In this document: piece by piece, positions 39,795 through 49,474 of the stretch
Position numbering within the stretch: the stretch's first letter is position 1
How the letters are laid out: the number at the start of each line of letters is the position of its first letter
Assembly: GCA_021731085.1 (NCBI GenBank)
Contig: JAKFYB010000018.1
Location: forward strand, 157,647-221,646
Direction: 5' to 3'
Length of the DNA stretch: 64,000 nt
Origin: Dehalococcoidia bacterium
Lineage (GTDB): Bacteria; Chloroflexota; Dehalococcoidia; DSTF01; JACRBR01
Notes under the pieces: generated by a model
Databases searched by the model: none
The model's input: only the letters and a program-made list of their open reading frames with translations
Told to the model about the DNA's origin: nothing
Translations under genes and position numbers: made by a program

Positions 39795-39823
39795 TGATGT
39801 GGCACGACCGCCCCAGGCTGTGT
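39795..39823. repeat. Degenerate REP-like family 2 copy (GATGTGGCACGACCGCCCCAGGCTGTGTG) in the rph-HIT spacer.
   Basis: Sequence similarity to the 36402 and 46303 copies. Confidence 0.5.
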
Positions 39824-39942
39824 GTCCGGTAGAACCAGCCCGTTGGCCAGGCGTACTGGTGGCGCTTAAGCTTTGGCGCCAGACTCAGCTGCGCTCCAAG
39901 CTCTCCTGCTGTGCTCTTCTGTGTCATCTGTGGATCCCGCCC

Positions 39943-40266
39943 CTACGCGTACTCGCCCAGAAACGTCCCACCGATCACGTGCACATGCGCGTGCGGCTGG
40001 CTCTGCATCGCGTCAGAACCGAAATTACTCAGCAGCCGAAAGCCCCGAGGACAATGCTGGGCACCCATCTCCGCCGCTGCTGCCGCCACCTTCGCGATCG
40101 TCCCCGACGTCCAGAGCTCGAACTGCTGCATGTGTGTCTTCGGCACGGACAGCAGCATCACCGGCACCCAGTTGAGGACGTTTTGAAACACGATGACATC
40201 ATCGTCCTCATACACAATCCTGGCCGGCTCGCGGTGCGCGATGATCTCGCAGAAAACGCAGTACAT
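39943..40266 (-). CDS. HIT-family (histidine triad) nucleotide hydrolase.
   Basis: Histidine triad HAHVHVIGG. N-terminal CVFCEI. Confidence 0.85.
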   Translation of the reverse strand: MYCVFCEIIAHREPARIVYEDDDVIVFQNVLNWVPVMLLSVPKTHMQQFELWTSGTIAKVAAAAAEMGAQHCPRGFRLLSNFGSDAMQSQPHAHVHVIGGTFLGEYA

Positions 40267-40375
40267 TGAACGCCACTATAGATGTGAGGCGGCGCTCGTA
40301 ACAGCCTCCGGTGCTCTGCTCACCTACCGGGACACCGGCCTACCCTGTGACTATTCACGCTTCTATACTCCGCCC

Positions 40376-41659
40376 ATGGCCGACGTGCGCCCCTTCTGCG
40401 CCCTCCGATACGATCCCGCACGCGTCGATCCGGCGCTCGCCATCGCCCCGCCGTACGACGTCATCTCACCCGCACTGCAGGCGGACCTGTACGCTCGCAG
40501 CCCCCACAACATCATCCGTATCGAATACGGCGAACAGTCACCGGACGACACCGCGACCAACAGTCGCTACACCCGCGCCGCCGCTGACGTCACCACCTGG
40601 CGCAACGCAGACGTCCTTCGGCGAGAGAACATCCCCGCCCTCTACCATTACCGTCTGCGCTTCGAGTGGGGCGGCAAGCAGCACGAGCGCGACCACATCT
40701 TCGGCATCGTCCGCCTCGAAGAGTGGGAGAAGGCCGTCGTCAAGCCGCACGAGCACACACTCTCCGGACCGAAGCAAGACCGGCTCGAACTGCTCCACAC
40801 AACGCGTACACAGGTCAGCCCCGTCTACTCCCTCTACCAACCCCGCACCGCGACGAAGGCCCCTCGCTTGACCGGCGACATCCTCTACGACTTCGAAGCA
40901 GACTTCCAGCATCACACGCTCTCAGCGATCACGGCCGAACGCGACATCACCGCGCTCCACACGCTGTTCGGCGAAAGCGATTTCTATATCGCCGACGGCC
41001 ACCACCGTTACGAGACTGCCCTCGCCTACCGCGACGAGTGCCGCGTTGCCGCCCCCAACTGGACCGGCGGCGAGCCCGAGAACTTCGTCCTGATGGCGAT
41101 GACCGACGCTACCGACCCAGGTCTCCTCGTCCTCCCGACGCACCGTCTCGTGCATCGTCCGATACAGCCGGGCGGCCTCGACCGCATTCGATCGCTGTTC
41201 GAAGTGCAAGACATCGGCGGCGCGAGCGACGGCGTGATCAGCCGGCTCGACAAGACGTCTGTCGACGCAACAGCCTTTGTGGCCATCGGCCTCGAAGTCG
41301 GCCGCGCGCACCTCCTCATGCTCCGCGATCGCGCCGCCGCCGAAGCCTCAATGCCGGTCGACGAGTCCGCGCCCTGGAAGCGCCTCGATGTGAACGTCCT
41401 CCAGTACGCCATCCTGCAGGCCGTCTTCGGTATCGATGATGCTGCGCTCAAGGCAGGCGGTGCCGTCTCGTACATCCAGAGCCCGAACGAGGCAGCGGCG
41501 GCTGTCGTCGCGGGCACGGCGTCCGCGGCCTTCCTCCTGAACGCCACGCCCGTCGACCAGATCATCGCCGTCTCGGACGTAAACGGCCGCATGCCGCAGA
41601 AGTCCACGTACTTCTATCCCAAGCTTCCGACTGGCCTCGTCCTCAACGCCCTCGATTGA
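40376..41659 (+). CDS. DUF1015-family protein.
   Basis: The N-terminus MADVRPFCALRYDP resembles the start of this family, as I recall it. About 427 aa. The ORF is open upstream to 40193. Confidence 0.6.
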   Translation: MADVRPFCALRYDPARVDPALAIAPPYDVISPALQADLYARSPHNIIRIEYGEQSPDDTATNSRYTRAAADVTTWRNADVLRRENIPALYHYRLRFEWGGKQHERDHIFGIVRLEEWEKAVVKPHEHTLSGPKQDRLELLHTTRTQVSPVYSLYQPRTATKAPRLTGDILYDFEADFQHHTLSAITAERDITALHTLFGESDFYIADGHHRYETALAYRDECRVAAPNWTGGEPENFVLMAMTDATDPGLLVLPTHRLVHRPIQPGGLDRIRSLFEVQDIGGASDGVISRLDKTSVDATAFVAIGLEVGRAHLLMLRDRAAAEASMPVDESAPWKRLDVNVLQYAILQAVFGIDDAALKAGGAVSYIQSPNEAAAAVVAGTASAAFLLNATPVDQIIAVSDVNGRMPQKSTYFYPKLPTGLVLNALD

Positions 41660-41703
41660 CACGCGCCGTCATCGCCGCGTCCCGCCTCGCTAGACTCACG
41701 ACC

Positions 41704-42678
41704 ATGACGGACGCTGCACCACGAGTCTCTGTCGCGCTCTGCACCTACAACGGCGCCCGCTTCCTGCGCGAGCAGCTCGACAGCATCGCGGCACAGACGC
41801 TCCCGCCAATCGAACTCATCGCCTGCGACGACGCTTCGACCGACGCCACCGTCGCCATCCTCGAATCCTTCTCAGCTTCTGCCTCATTCCCTGTGCGCAT
41901 CACGCAAAACGACCGAACCATCGGCGTCACACCGAATTTCGCTCAAGCGATCGCACAAACCTTCGGCGACTACATCGCGCTCGCCGACCAAGACGACGTC
42001 TGGCTGCCGGACAAACTACAGCGGCTCAGCACTGCACTGGCATCGCGTCCCGATGCAGCGTTCGCGTTCTCTGACGCCCGCCTTATCGACCATCAAGGTG
42101 GCGACCTCGGCGGTAAGTCCCTCCTCGCGCGGCGATTCACGCTCGATTCAATTCGTCGCGCGTTCGATGAACACCGTGAGCTCGACCTCATGCTGAAGCG
42201 TGACTTTATCTACGGCACGACGCTCCTGTTCCGCGCCGAGTGCCGCGATCTCACCTTGCCCATCCCAGCATCATGGTCGCACGACACGTGGATCGCCAAC
42301 ATCCTTACCCTCCTCGGGCATCGCGGCGTCCCCGTCCTTGATCCGCTTGTCCGCTATCGCCAGCACGCGGTACAGGCGTCCGGCGGCACGGCACTCCCGA
42401 AGGAAGTCGGCTATCCGGCGCGCGTCCAGGCATACGAGGATCTGCGCGAACGGCTCGTAACAACCGCCACTATCCACCCCGACGCCATCGCGCGAATCGA
42501 CGACAAGTTGCGCTACCTGCGCGCGATGGTAGAAGTGCAGTCATCTTCATTACCTGAGCGCGCTCGCATCGCCGCCGCAGAAGTCGCCTCAGGCCGTTGG
42601 ATGCGCTACACCCCGCGCACGTTCACGGTCGACAAGGGCCTCGACCCTTCGTCGTTGTTCGCACGCTTTCGACAATGA
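41704..42678 (+). CDS. Family 2 glycosyltransferase (rhamnosyltransferase-like).
   Basis: GT2 N-terminus VSVALCTYNGARFLREQLDSI, CDDASTD and a DQDD-like motif. Alternative TTG start at 41656 overlapping the previous stop. Confidence 0.8.
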   Translation: MTDAAPRVSVALCTYNGARFLREQLDSIAAQTLPPIELIACDDASTDATVAILESFSASASFPVRITQNDRTIGVTPNFAQAIAQTFGDYIALADQDDVWLPDKLQRLSTALASRPDAAFAFSDARLIDHQGGDLGGKSLLARRFTLDSIRRAFDEHRELDLMLKRDFIYGTTLLFRAECRDLTLPIPASWSHDTWIANILTLLGHRGVPVLDPLVRYRQHAVQASGGTALPKEVGYPARVQAYEDLRERLVTTATIHPDAIARIDDKLRYLRAMVEVQSSSLPERARIAAAEVASGRWMRYTPRTFTVDKGLDPSSLFARFRQ

Positions 42679-42797
42679 TGCATTCGGGTTAGACCGCGCC
42701 TAGCGTGCCGCGCTTTGCGTGCTCTTGCCGTTTCCCGTACAACGTCTGTATCCCCTGAGCGCAGAATCCGCTGCAGCGGACGCCAAGGAGCCCCTTC

Positions 42798-44045
42798 ATG
42801 CCCAAGAAGGTCGTACTCGCCTACTCAGGCGGTCTCGATACATCCGTCGCCATCCGCTGGCTTCAGGAAGAGCGTGGCTACGACGTCATCGCCCTGACCT
42901 TCGACCTAGGCAACGAAAAGGATCTCCAGACGGTCGAGAAGCGCGCGATCGAACTCGGAGCGATCAAGGCGCTCATCCGCGATGCAAAGACGCCCTTTAT
43001 CAATTTCTTCGCGTTCCCGGCGCTCATGGCGGGCGCGGTGTACGAGGGCCAGTACTTGCTCGCGACGGCGATCGGCCGGCCGCTCATGGCCAAAATGCTC
43101 GTCGATGTAGCCCAAGAGGAAGGCGCGTCAGCGATCGCCCACGGCTGCACCGGCAAGGGCAACGATCAGGTGCGTTTCGACGTAAGCACGAAAGCGCTAG
43201 CCCCCAAGCTCGACATCATCGCTCCCGTGCGCGAGCACCGCATGTCGCGCGAGGAGCAGATCGAGTGGGCGAACGCGCGCAACCTGCCCATTCAGCACAC
43301 GAAGGCCAGCCCTTACAGTACCGACGAAAACCTCTGGGGCCGCAGCATCGAAGCCGGCATGCTCGAAGACCCGTGGGAGGCGCCGCCGGAAGAGATCTAC
43401 GCCTGGACGAAATCGCCTGCCGACGCGCCCGAAACTCCCCGCATTGTCGAGATCGACTTTGTCGAAGGGCGTCCCGTCGGCCTCGATGGCCACGAGATGG
43501 ACGGCGTCACCCTGGTCCAGACGCTCAACCAGTGGGCAGGCGAGCATGGTGTCGGGCGTTCCGACATGGTCGAAGACCGCCTCATCGGCATCAAGTCACG
43601 CGAGATCTACGAAGCGCCCGGCGCATGGACGCTGCACAACGCCCACGAAGCGCTCGAACAGATGACGCTCTCAAAGCCGCAGCTCCGCACCAAGAACAGC
43701 CTCCGCCAGGAGTACGCCGACCTCATCTACAACGGCCTCTGGTTCACCGCGCACCATCAGGATCTTGCCGCATACGTCCAGAGCACGCAGCGCTTCGTCA
43801 CCGGAACCATCCGTATGCGCCTCCACAAAGGCCAAGCGACGGCCATCGGACGCAAGTCGCCGCGCAGTCTCTACAGCTACGCGCTCGCAACCTACGATCG
43901 CGGCGACCAGTACGACCACAACGCCGCGCTCGGCTTCATTGACATCTGGGGCCTTCCGATCCAGCAGCAGGCGCGCGAGCAACTTCTCGCCGACGGCCAG
44001 AAGCCGTTCCAACTCGGCACGTCGCAGGGCAGCGAAGGCGCCTGA
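42798..44045 (+). CDS. argG: Argininosuccinate synthase.
   Basis: PP-loop AYSGGLDTS. Conserved GCTGKGNDQVRF. AAGGAG RBS. Confidence 0.92.
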   Translation: MPKKVVLAYSGGLDTSVAIRWLQEERGYDVIALTFDLGNEKDLQTVEKRAIELGAIKALIRDAKTPFINFFAFPALMAGAVYEGQYLLATAIGRPLMAKMLVDVAQEEGASAIAHGCTGKGNDQVRFDVSTKALAPKLDIIAPVREHRMSREEQIEWANARNLPIQHTKASPYSTDENLWGRSIEAGMLEDPWEAPPEEIYAWTKSPADAPETPRIVEIDFVEGRPVGLDGHEMDGVTLVQTLNQWAGEHGVGRSDMVEDRLIGIKSREIYEAPGAWTLHNAHEALEQMTLSKPQLRTKNSLRQEYADLIYNGLWFTAHHQDLAAYVQSTQRFVTGTIRMRLHKGQATAIGRKSPRSLYSYALATYDRGDQYDHNAALGFIDIWGLPIQQQAREQLLADGQKPFQLGTSQGSEGA

Positions 44046-44046
44046 C

Positions 44047-44820
44047 GTGAGGCTCCACATCGTCCTTGCCGCTGCGTTAGCGATCCCCGCACTTTGGCTC
44101 GCGGCCTGTGGCGATACAGAGTCGCCTTCGGAACCCTCACCAGCGGCCGTCGACACCGCCGAGGCCGTCGCTCGCGAAGTCAAGATTTCCGCGGACTACA
44201 GCACCACGCCGACGCCCGAGGACGAAGATCGCGAGACCGAGATCGTGCTTGACGCGCGCGTGTTCGGCGATGGCGAAACAGGCGTCATTTTCGCCCACAT
44301 GCGGCCCGCCGACCAAACGTCGTGGTTCCCCCTCGCAACTGATCTCGCGCAATCAGGCGACTACACCGTCCTCACATTCGACTTCCGCGGTCATGGCGAA
44401 TCCACCGGCGAAAAGGAGTTCAACCGCGTCGACACCGATCTGCAAGCTGCCCTCGACTACATGCGCGATGATCTCGGCATCGAGAAGATCTTCCTCGTCG
44501 GCGCCAGCATGGGCGGTACCGCAACGCTCATCGTCGCCGCCCGCGAGCCCGTCGATGGCGTCGTCTCACTCTCATCGCTCGCCTTCTTCCAGGAAGTGGA
44601 TGCGCTCGGCACCGTGAGCGAAATCACCGCGCCCAAGCTCTTCATCTCGGCCGAAGACGACGTACCCGCTATGCGCAGCCTCGAACAGTTCATGCTTCAG
44701 GCCGTCGAACCCAAAGAGCAGCAACTCTATCCCGGCTCCGCCCACGGCACCGATCTCTTCGCGGAACCATTCGGCGACGATGTAGAACAGCGCATCATCG
44801 ATTTCCTCGCCGAGAACTAG
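44047..44820 (+). CDS. Alpha/beta-hydrolase lipoprotein (esterase/lipase-like).
   Basis: GTG start 2 nt after the argG stop. Lipobox LAACG. Nucleophile elbow GASMGG. Catalytic Asp and His in the C-terminal part. Confidence 0.7.
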   Translation: MRLHIVLAAALAIPALWLAACGDTESPSEPSPAAVDTAEAVAREVKISADYSTTPTPEDEDRETEIVLDARVFGDGETGVIFAHMRPADQTSWFPLATDLAQSGDYTVLTFDFRGHGESTGEKEFNRVDTDLQAALDYMRDDLGIEKIFLVGASMGGTATLIVAAREPVDGVVSLSSLAFFQEVDALGTVSEITAPKLFISAEDDVPAMRSLEQFMLQAVEPKEQQLYPGSAHGTDLFAEPFGDDVEQRIIDFLAEN

Positions 44821-44952
44821 CGCCACTGCCGTTCCGTTGACCTCCCGCCGCCGCCTCCTTAGGATGGGCCTGACGGTCACAGGTTGCGCGCCATACGAGC
44901 CCGCGCCGATTGCGAGAACTATCCGACAAACACAGCACCACGGGGAGGTCGC

Positions 44953-46302
44953 ATGGAAGAGGAGCAGGCACAGCTCTTCGACTCAATCCGCGACCTCGTG
45001 TCCTCCGGTCGCGCGTCGGAAGCCCTACTCAGCCTCGAGTCCATCCACCCCGCTGACCAGGCGGACTTCATCGTCGAGCTCGACGATGAATCTCGTCAAG
45101 CCCTGCTGCCCGTCCTGCCGCGCGATGATCTCGCGCGCATTATCGAGTACCTCCCCGAACCCGAGCGCCCCGCGATCCTCAGCGAGATCCCGTCGGCGGA
45201 TCTCGCCCCGCTGCTCGATGAGGTAGACGACGACATCGTCGTGGACATCCTCCACGAATTCTCGGACGAGCGCGCCGGCGAAGTCCTCGCCAGCATGAAG
45301 CGTGCCTGGGCCGTGCGCCCCCTCCTCGGCCACGCCGACGAGACCGCTGGCGGACACATGACCCGCTCGTTCATCTCGCTCAACGGCAGCTGGACGGTCG
45401 AGCGCGCGATTGCCTACATGCGCCGTGTACGGCCCGACGCCGAGACCGCCTACTACCTCTACGTGGTCGACAGTGCTGGCCGGCTTGAGGGCGTCGTCAG
45501 CCTTCGCGACCTCATCATCGCTTCGCCGGACCGCCGCCTCGAAGACATCATGCAACGCGACGTCCGCAAGGCCCGCGATGATCTTGACCAGGAAGAGATG
45601 GCGCGCATGGTCCAGCGCTACGACCTCGTCGCGCTCCCCGTCGTGGACGCCGACGATCGACTCGTCGGCGTCATCACAGTCGATGACGTGCTCGACATCG
45701 TCGAAGAAGAGGCTACCGAGGACATCCTCAAGCTCGCCGGCGTCGGCGTGAAAGAACATGCGCTCAGCCCGGTGTTCGACTCCGCGCGTCGCCGTCTGCC
45801 ATGGCTCATCGTCAACATGTTCGTCGGCCTCTGTTCGGCGTTCATCGTGACGCAGTTCGAGGACACCATCGCGAAAGTCGCCGTGCTCGCCGCACTGATG
45901 CCCATCATTGCCGGCCAGGGTGGCAACGCGTCGATCCAGACCGCGACCATCGTCGTCCGCGGCCTTGCGCTGGACGAGCTCGACATGTCGGACCTCATTC
46001 GCCTGCTCACGAAGGAGGTCTCGCTCGGCGCGCTGAAGGGTCTCCTGTTCGGCACGATGCTTGCGATTGTGGCCTTCGCCTGGAGCGGTAGCGGCACACT
46101 CGCTGGGGTTGCTGGCACCGCCATGTTCCTCAACATGATCGTCGCAAGCCTTGGCGGCGTCCTCATCCCAATGACGCTGCGCTACGGCCTCAAGGTCGAC
46201 CCCGCAACAGCAGCCGGCGTCTTCGACACGATGCTCACCGACATCATGGGCTTCTTCATCTTCCTCGGCCTCGCCACCATCATGCTCGACCGCCTGACAT
46301 AA
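44953..46302 (+). CDS. mgtE: Magnesium transporter MgtE.
   Basis: MgtE N-domain, tandem CBS domains and the C-terminal 5-TM MgtE pore domain (GQGGNASIQTATIVVRGLALDE). GGGGAGG RBS. Confidence 0.88.
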   Translation: MEEEQAQLFDSIRDLVSSGRASEALLSLESIHPADQADFIVELDDESRQALLPVLPRDDLARIIEYLPEPERPAILSEIPSADLAPLLDEVDDDIVVDILHEFSDERAGEVLASMKRAWAVRPLLGHADETAGGHMTRSFISLNGSWTVERAIAYMRRVRPDAETAYYLYVVDSAGRLEGVVSLRDLIIASPDRRLEDIMQRDVRKARDDLDQEEMARMVQRYDLVALPVVDADDRLVGVITVDDVLDIVEEEATEDILKLAGVGVKEHALSPVFDSARRRLPWLIVNMFVGLCSAFIVTQFEDTIAKVAVLAALMPIIAGQGGNASIQTATIVVRGLALDELDMSDLIRLLTKEVSLGALKGLLFGTMLAIVAFAWSGSGTLAGVAGTAMFLNMIVASLGGVLIPMTLRYGLKVDPATAAGVFDTMLTDIMGFFIFLGLATIMLDRLT

Positions 46303-46440
46303 ATGGATCACAGCCGTCCCCGCCTGTGATTTGGTCACGACGATGGATCACAGCCGAGTTGGCAATACCGTGATGGAGGACGGGCGCCCTCGCCCGTCGC
46401 TGCGGCCACAGATGATGGATCACAGCCGCCCTCGGCTGTG
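46303..46440. repeat. Three copies of the 14-bp unit ATGGATCACAGCCG, two of them with a palindromic partner (CACAGCCG-N4-CGGCTGTG hairpins). This is REP-like family 2, in the mgtE-holA spacer.
   Basis: Direct repeats at 46304, 46343 and 46414. Related copies at 36402-36430 and 39795-39823. Confidence 0.8.
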
Positions 46441-46473
46441 TGCTGACACGCAACCACCCACTAGAATGACCGC

Positions 46474-47538
46474 GTGATCTACCTTCTCTACGGACAGGAC
46501 AGCTTTCAGGTACACCGTGCCCTCGAAGCCATCCGTGCCCGCCTCACGACGCCCGACGGCATGCTCGCAAGCAATACCGTGACGCTCGATGGTGCAAAGC
46601 TCGAACCGCTCGAACTCATGCAGCACGCGACCGTCGTGCCGTTCCTCGCGCCAGCTCGCCTCGTTATCGTCGAAGGCCTGCTCGCCGCAATCGGAACAGG
46701 TCGCTCCGGTCGCAAGAAGAAGGGCGACGACCCGCTCGCCGCCTGGGCGGATCTCGCCGACCAACTCGGCGCCCCCGGCGCGCTTCCGGAAACTACCACG
46801 CTCGTGCTTGTTGAAGGTGATCTGGATACAGGACCGGATGGCCGAAAGTTGAAGAAGCCGAACCCGGCCTTCACGTTGTTTGCGCCGATAGCCCAGACAA
46901 AAGACCACCCGCTGGTGAAGGACAAAGAGCTCGCCACCTGGGTGCGCGCCGAACTCAAACACATGGATCTCACCCTCAACGAACGCGCGATCCGCGCCCT
47001 CGTCGACGCCGTTGGCCCCGACCTCTGGGCCATGCACAACGAGCTTCGCAAGATCGAGGCCTACGCCAACGGCGAAGAGGTCGACGAAGCGCTCGTAGCA
47101 GAGATCGTCGGCCAGGCGCGCGAGGCCAAACTCTGGGATCTCACCGAAGCCGTCGTCGCAGGCGACGAGCGCCGGGCAATCGACACGCTCGCAAGCAGGC
47201 TGACAGCAGGCGACGCCGCGCCGATGCTCGTCAGCATGATCGCCCGCCAGTACCGCCAGCTCGTGGTCGTGAAGGAGCTCATGCAAGAGCGCGCTTCGAA
47301 GGGCGAGGTCGCGCGCTCAGCCGGCATACCTGAGTGGAAGGTAGACGCCGTCTCGAGCGTTGCCACCCGCTACGAATGGCCCGCTCTGCGCCGCGCGTAC
47401 GAACTCCTCGTCGACGCCGACCTAAGCGTAAAGCGTGGCCTGCAGGACGATGAGTCCGCTCTGCAGCTTCTCATTCACAAACTCATCGAACTCGCGCCGC
47501 GCACCAACACCGCACGCCAGCCGGCGTACAATCGTTAG
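46474..47538 (+). CDS. holA: DNA polymerase III delta subunit.
   Basis: GTG start. N-terminus IYLLYGQDSF typical of HolA. About 350 aa. Confidence 0.8.
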   Translation: MIYLLYGQDSFQVHRALEAIRARLTTPDGMLASNTVTLDGAKLEPLELMQHATVVPFLAPARLVIVEGLLAAIGTGRSGRKKKGDDPLAAWADLADQLGAPGALPETTTLVLVEGDLDTGPDGRKLKKPNPAFTLFAPIAQTKDHPLVKDKELATWVRAELKHMDLTLNERAIRALVDAVGPDLWAMHNELRKIEAYANGEEVDEALVAEIVGQAREAKLWDLTEAVVAGDERRAIDTLASRLTAGDAAPMLVSMIARQYRQLVVVKELMQERASKGEVARSAGIPEWKVDAVSSVATRYEWPALRRAYELLVDADLSVKRGLQDDESALQLLIHKLIELAPRTNTARQPAYNR

Positions 47539-47562
47539 CCTTCGCGCATCCTGCGCCGCTGC

Positions 47563-48540
47563 CTACGCGCCCACGTACATCGGATTAAAGCAGGCAACGC
47601 GCTGGTTGTCGGACGTGCGCTCCAGATCCGGCCAGAGTTCCGTCCGGCATTGACTCACGGCTTTTGCGCAGCGATCCAGGAACGCGCACTTGCCGGTCAG
47701 CTCGGAGAGATCAGGCGGTGCACCGTGTATGGGTGCCAGCTTGCGCCCCGGATCGTCGAGCCGTGGCCGCGCCGCCATAAGCGCCGCCGTGTACGGGTGC
47801 CGCGGTCGCGCGAACAATTCGCGCACGTTCGCCTCTTCGACAATGCGTCCCGCGTACATGACAGCGACGTCGTCCGCGATGTTCGCGATGACACCGAGGT
47901 CATGCGTAATCAGCAGCACGGCCATCCCCGTCCGTGTACGAAGATCCCGCAACTCCTGCAGTATCGCTGCCTGCATCGTCACATCCAGCGCCGATGTCGG
48001 TTCGTCCGCGATGATGATCGCAGGCTGCATCACGGTCGCGATGGCAATCATCACGCGCTGACACATGCCTCCAGAGAGTTGATACGGATAGGCGTCCGCG
48101 ACACGTGAAGGATCAGGAAGCCCCTGCGCGTGCAAGGCCTCCAGCGCCAACCGGCGAGCCTCGCTCTTTGACACGCTGACGTGCGTGCGGATCATTTCCT
48201 CGATCTGCCTGCCAATAGTCAGCACCGGATTCAACCCGCTGACCGGATCCTGGAAGATCATCGCGATCCGCCGTCCGCGCACGGACCGCAGCGTCTCGCC
48301 ATCGCTGCGCGTGAGGTCCGCTCCCTCGAAGAACACTCGACCGCCTTCGATGCGACCGTTCGCCGGCAGCAATTGAAGCACGGAATGCGCCAGCGTGCTC
48401 TTGCCGCAGCCGCTCTCGCCGACGATGCCGAGGATCTGACCCGCGCGCAGCGTCAGGTCGACGCCGCCAAGCGCCCGTACCGTACGTTCACGATCGCGGT
48501 ATGAAACTGACAGTCCTTCGATGCGCAGCACGTCCGCCAT
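47563..48540 (-). CDS. Oligopeptide/dipeptide-type ABC transporter ATP-binding protein (OppD/DppD-like). Orphan, with no permease or binding-protein genes adjacent.
   Basis: Walker A GESGCGKST. Signature LSGGMCQRV. Walker B IIADEPTSALD. OppD-type C-terminal extension. Confidence 0.85.
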   Translation of the reverse strand: MADVLRIEGLSVSYRDRERTVRALGGVDLTLRAGQILGIVGESGCGKSTLAHSVLQLLPANGRIEGGRVFFEGADLTRSDGETLRSVRGRRIAMIFQDPVSGLNPVLTIGRQIEEMIRTHVSVSKSEARRLALEALHAQGLPDPSRVADAYPYQLSGGMCQRVMIAIATVMQPAIIIADEPTSALDVTMQAAILQELRDLRTRTGMAVLLITHDLGVIANIADDVAVMYAGRIVEEANVRELFARPRHPYTAALMAARPRLDDPGRKLAPIHGAPPDLSELTGKCAFLDRCAKAVSQCRTELWPDLERTSDNQRVACFNPMYVGA

Positions 48541-48577
48541 TCGATGATCCTAACGCGAACGGGCGCGGACAACGACA

Positions 48578-48600
48578 CAGGCTGGCGAGTTGCCAGCCTG
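48578..48600 (-). terminator. Hairpin CAGGCTGGC-GAGTT-GCCAGCCTG downstream of lexA, a likely terminator.
   Basis: 9-bp perfect stem, followed by a T-rich run on the minus strand. Confidence 0.45.
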
Positions 48601-48715
48601 TCAGATACTTGCTTTAGGGGGCCCTACGTGGCCGCCCGCTGTTGAGTAGGTCTCCACTGTTCGATCGGTGCGCGGTAAGGCCGACCGCGCGATAGCCCAA
48701 CCGGTTGCGGCAGGC

Positions 48716-49348
48716 CTAGTCCCGCCGACCCACGGTCGCAAGCACGCGCCCCTGGATCTCGACATTGTTTGCCGCTGTGAAGATCGGCTTCATCGTGCTG
48801 TTGCATGGCTGCAGTCGCACGCGGTCGCCTTCGCGGTAGAACTTCTTGAGCGTCGCTTCGTTCTCGTTCACGAGCCACGCCGCCACCATGTCGCCGTCAT
48901 CGGCCGCGCTCGTCTGTTCGAGAATCACGATGTCACCGTCATTCACCAACGCGTCGATCATCGACGTGCCGCGCACCTTTAACGCAAAGACGTTCTCGCG
49001 TCCGCGTGTCATGTCGTCCGTCGCCTCAAAGAAATTGTCGAAGTCCACGTTGTCCATCGATGGCACGGGGATCGGCTGCCCGGCGGCTATGGTCCCGATG
49101 ATGGGCACGTTCACCGTCCGCGAACGTCGCTTTCCACCATCCATGAGCTCAATCCCGCGCGAAACCTCGCGGTCGCGCTTGATGAAGCCCTTCGTCTCCA
49201 GCCCCTTCAGGTTGTAGTCCACAACGGACGTCGAGCTGATGTCGCACCCGATCTGGATGTCCCGGATGCTGGGTGGGTAGTCCTTGTCGTCGATGAAATC
49301 CCGGATGAACTTGAGGATCGAGTCCTGCTTGATGGACAGTCCCTTCAT
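48716..49348 (-). CDS. lexA: LexA repressor (S24 peptidase).
   Basis: Winged-HTH N-terminus. Cleavage-site and catalytic motifs GTSM and K. C-terminal beta domain. Confidence 0.9.
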   Translation of the reverse strand: MKGLSIKQDSILKFIRDFIDDKDYPPSIRDIQIGCDISSTSVVDYNLKGLETKGFIKRDREVSRGIELMDGGKRRSRTVNVPIIGTIAAGQPIPVPSMDNVDFDNFFEATDDMTRGRENVFALKVRGTSMIDALVNDGDIVILEQTSAADDGDMVAAWLVNENEATLKKFYREGDRVRLQPCNSTMKPIFTAANNVEIQGRVLATVGRRD

Positions 49349-49380
49349 GGTGGCCGACTCCTTCCAGCAGGCGCGTTCCG

Positions 49381-49404
49381 GATGATCCCATCATCGATGA
49401 TCAT
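49381..49404. promoter_or_regulatory. Composite palindrome GATGAT-CCC-ATCATCGATGAT (contains the perfect 12-bp palindrome ATCATCGATGAT) in the lexA/PH-like divergent promoter region. Candidate operator.
   Basis: The perfect palindrome is read from the sequence, 35-55 nt upstream of the lexA start. No GAAC-N4-GTTC box is present. Confidence 0.35.
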
Positions 49405-49474
49405 AATCCGGCAATCGTATGTTTCAAACGCCTGTTCTAGCGAGATGCTACGCGAGGAGTGATACTGCTGTCAA

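Noticed and set aside
44821-44952. Possible M-box (Mg) riboswitch upstream of mgtE.
   Set aside because: The spacer is only ~130 nt, and no recognisable M-box conserved segments were seen by eye. This would need a covariance-model scan.
49349-49474. Canonical SOS boxes (GAAC-N4-GTTC, CTGT-N8-ACAG, GTTC-N7-GTTC) upstream of lexA.
   Set aside because: None is present. Only the ATCATCGATGAT palindrome and a loose GTTTC-N9-GTTC were found, so no confident LexA-box call is made.
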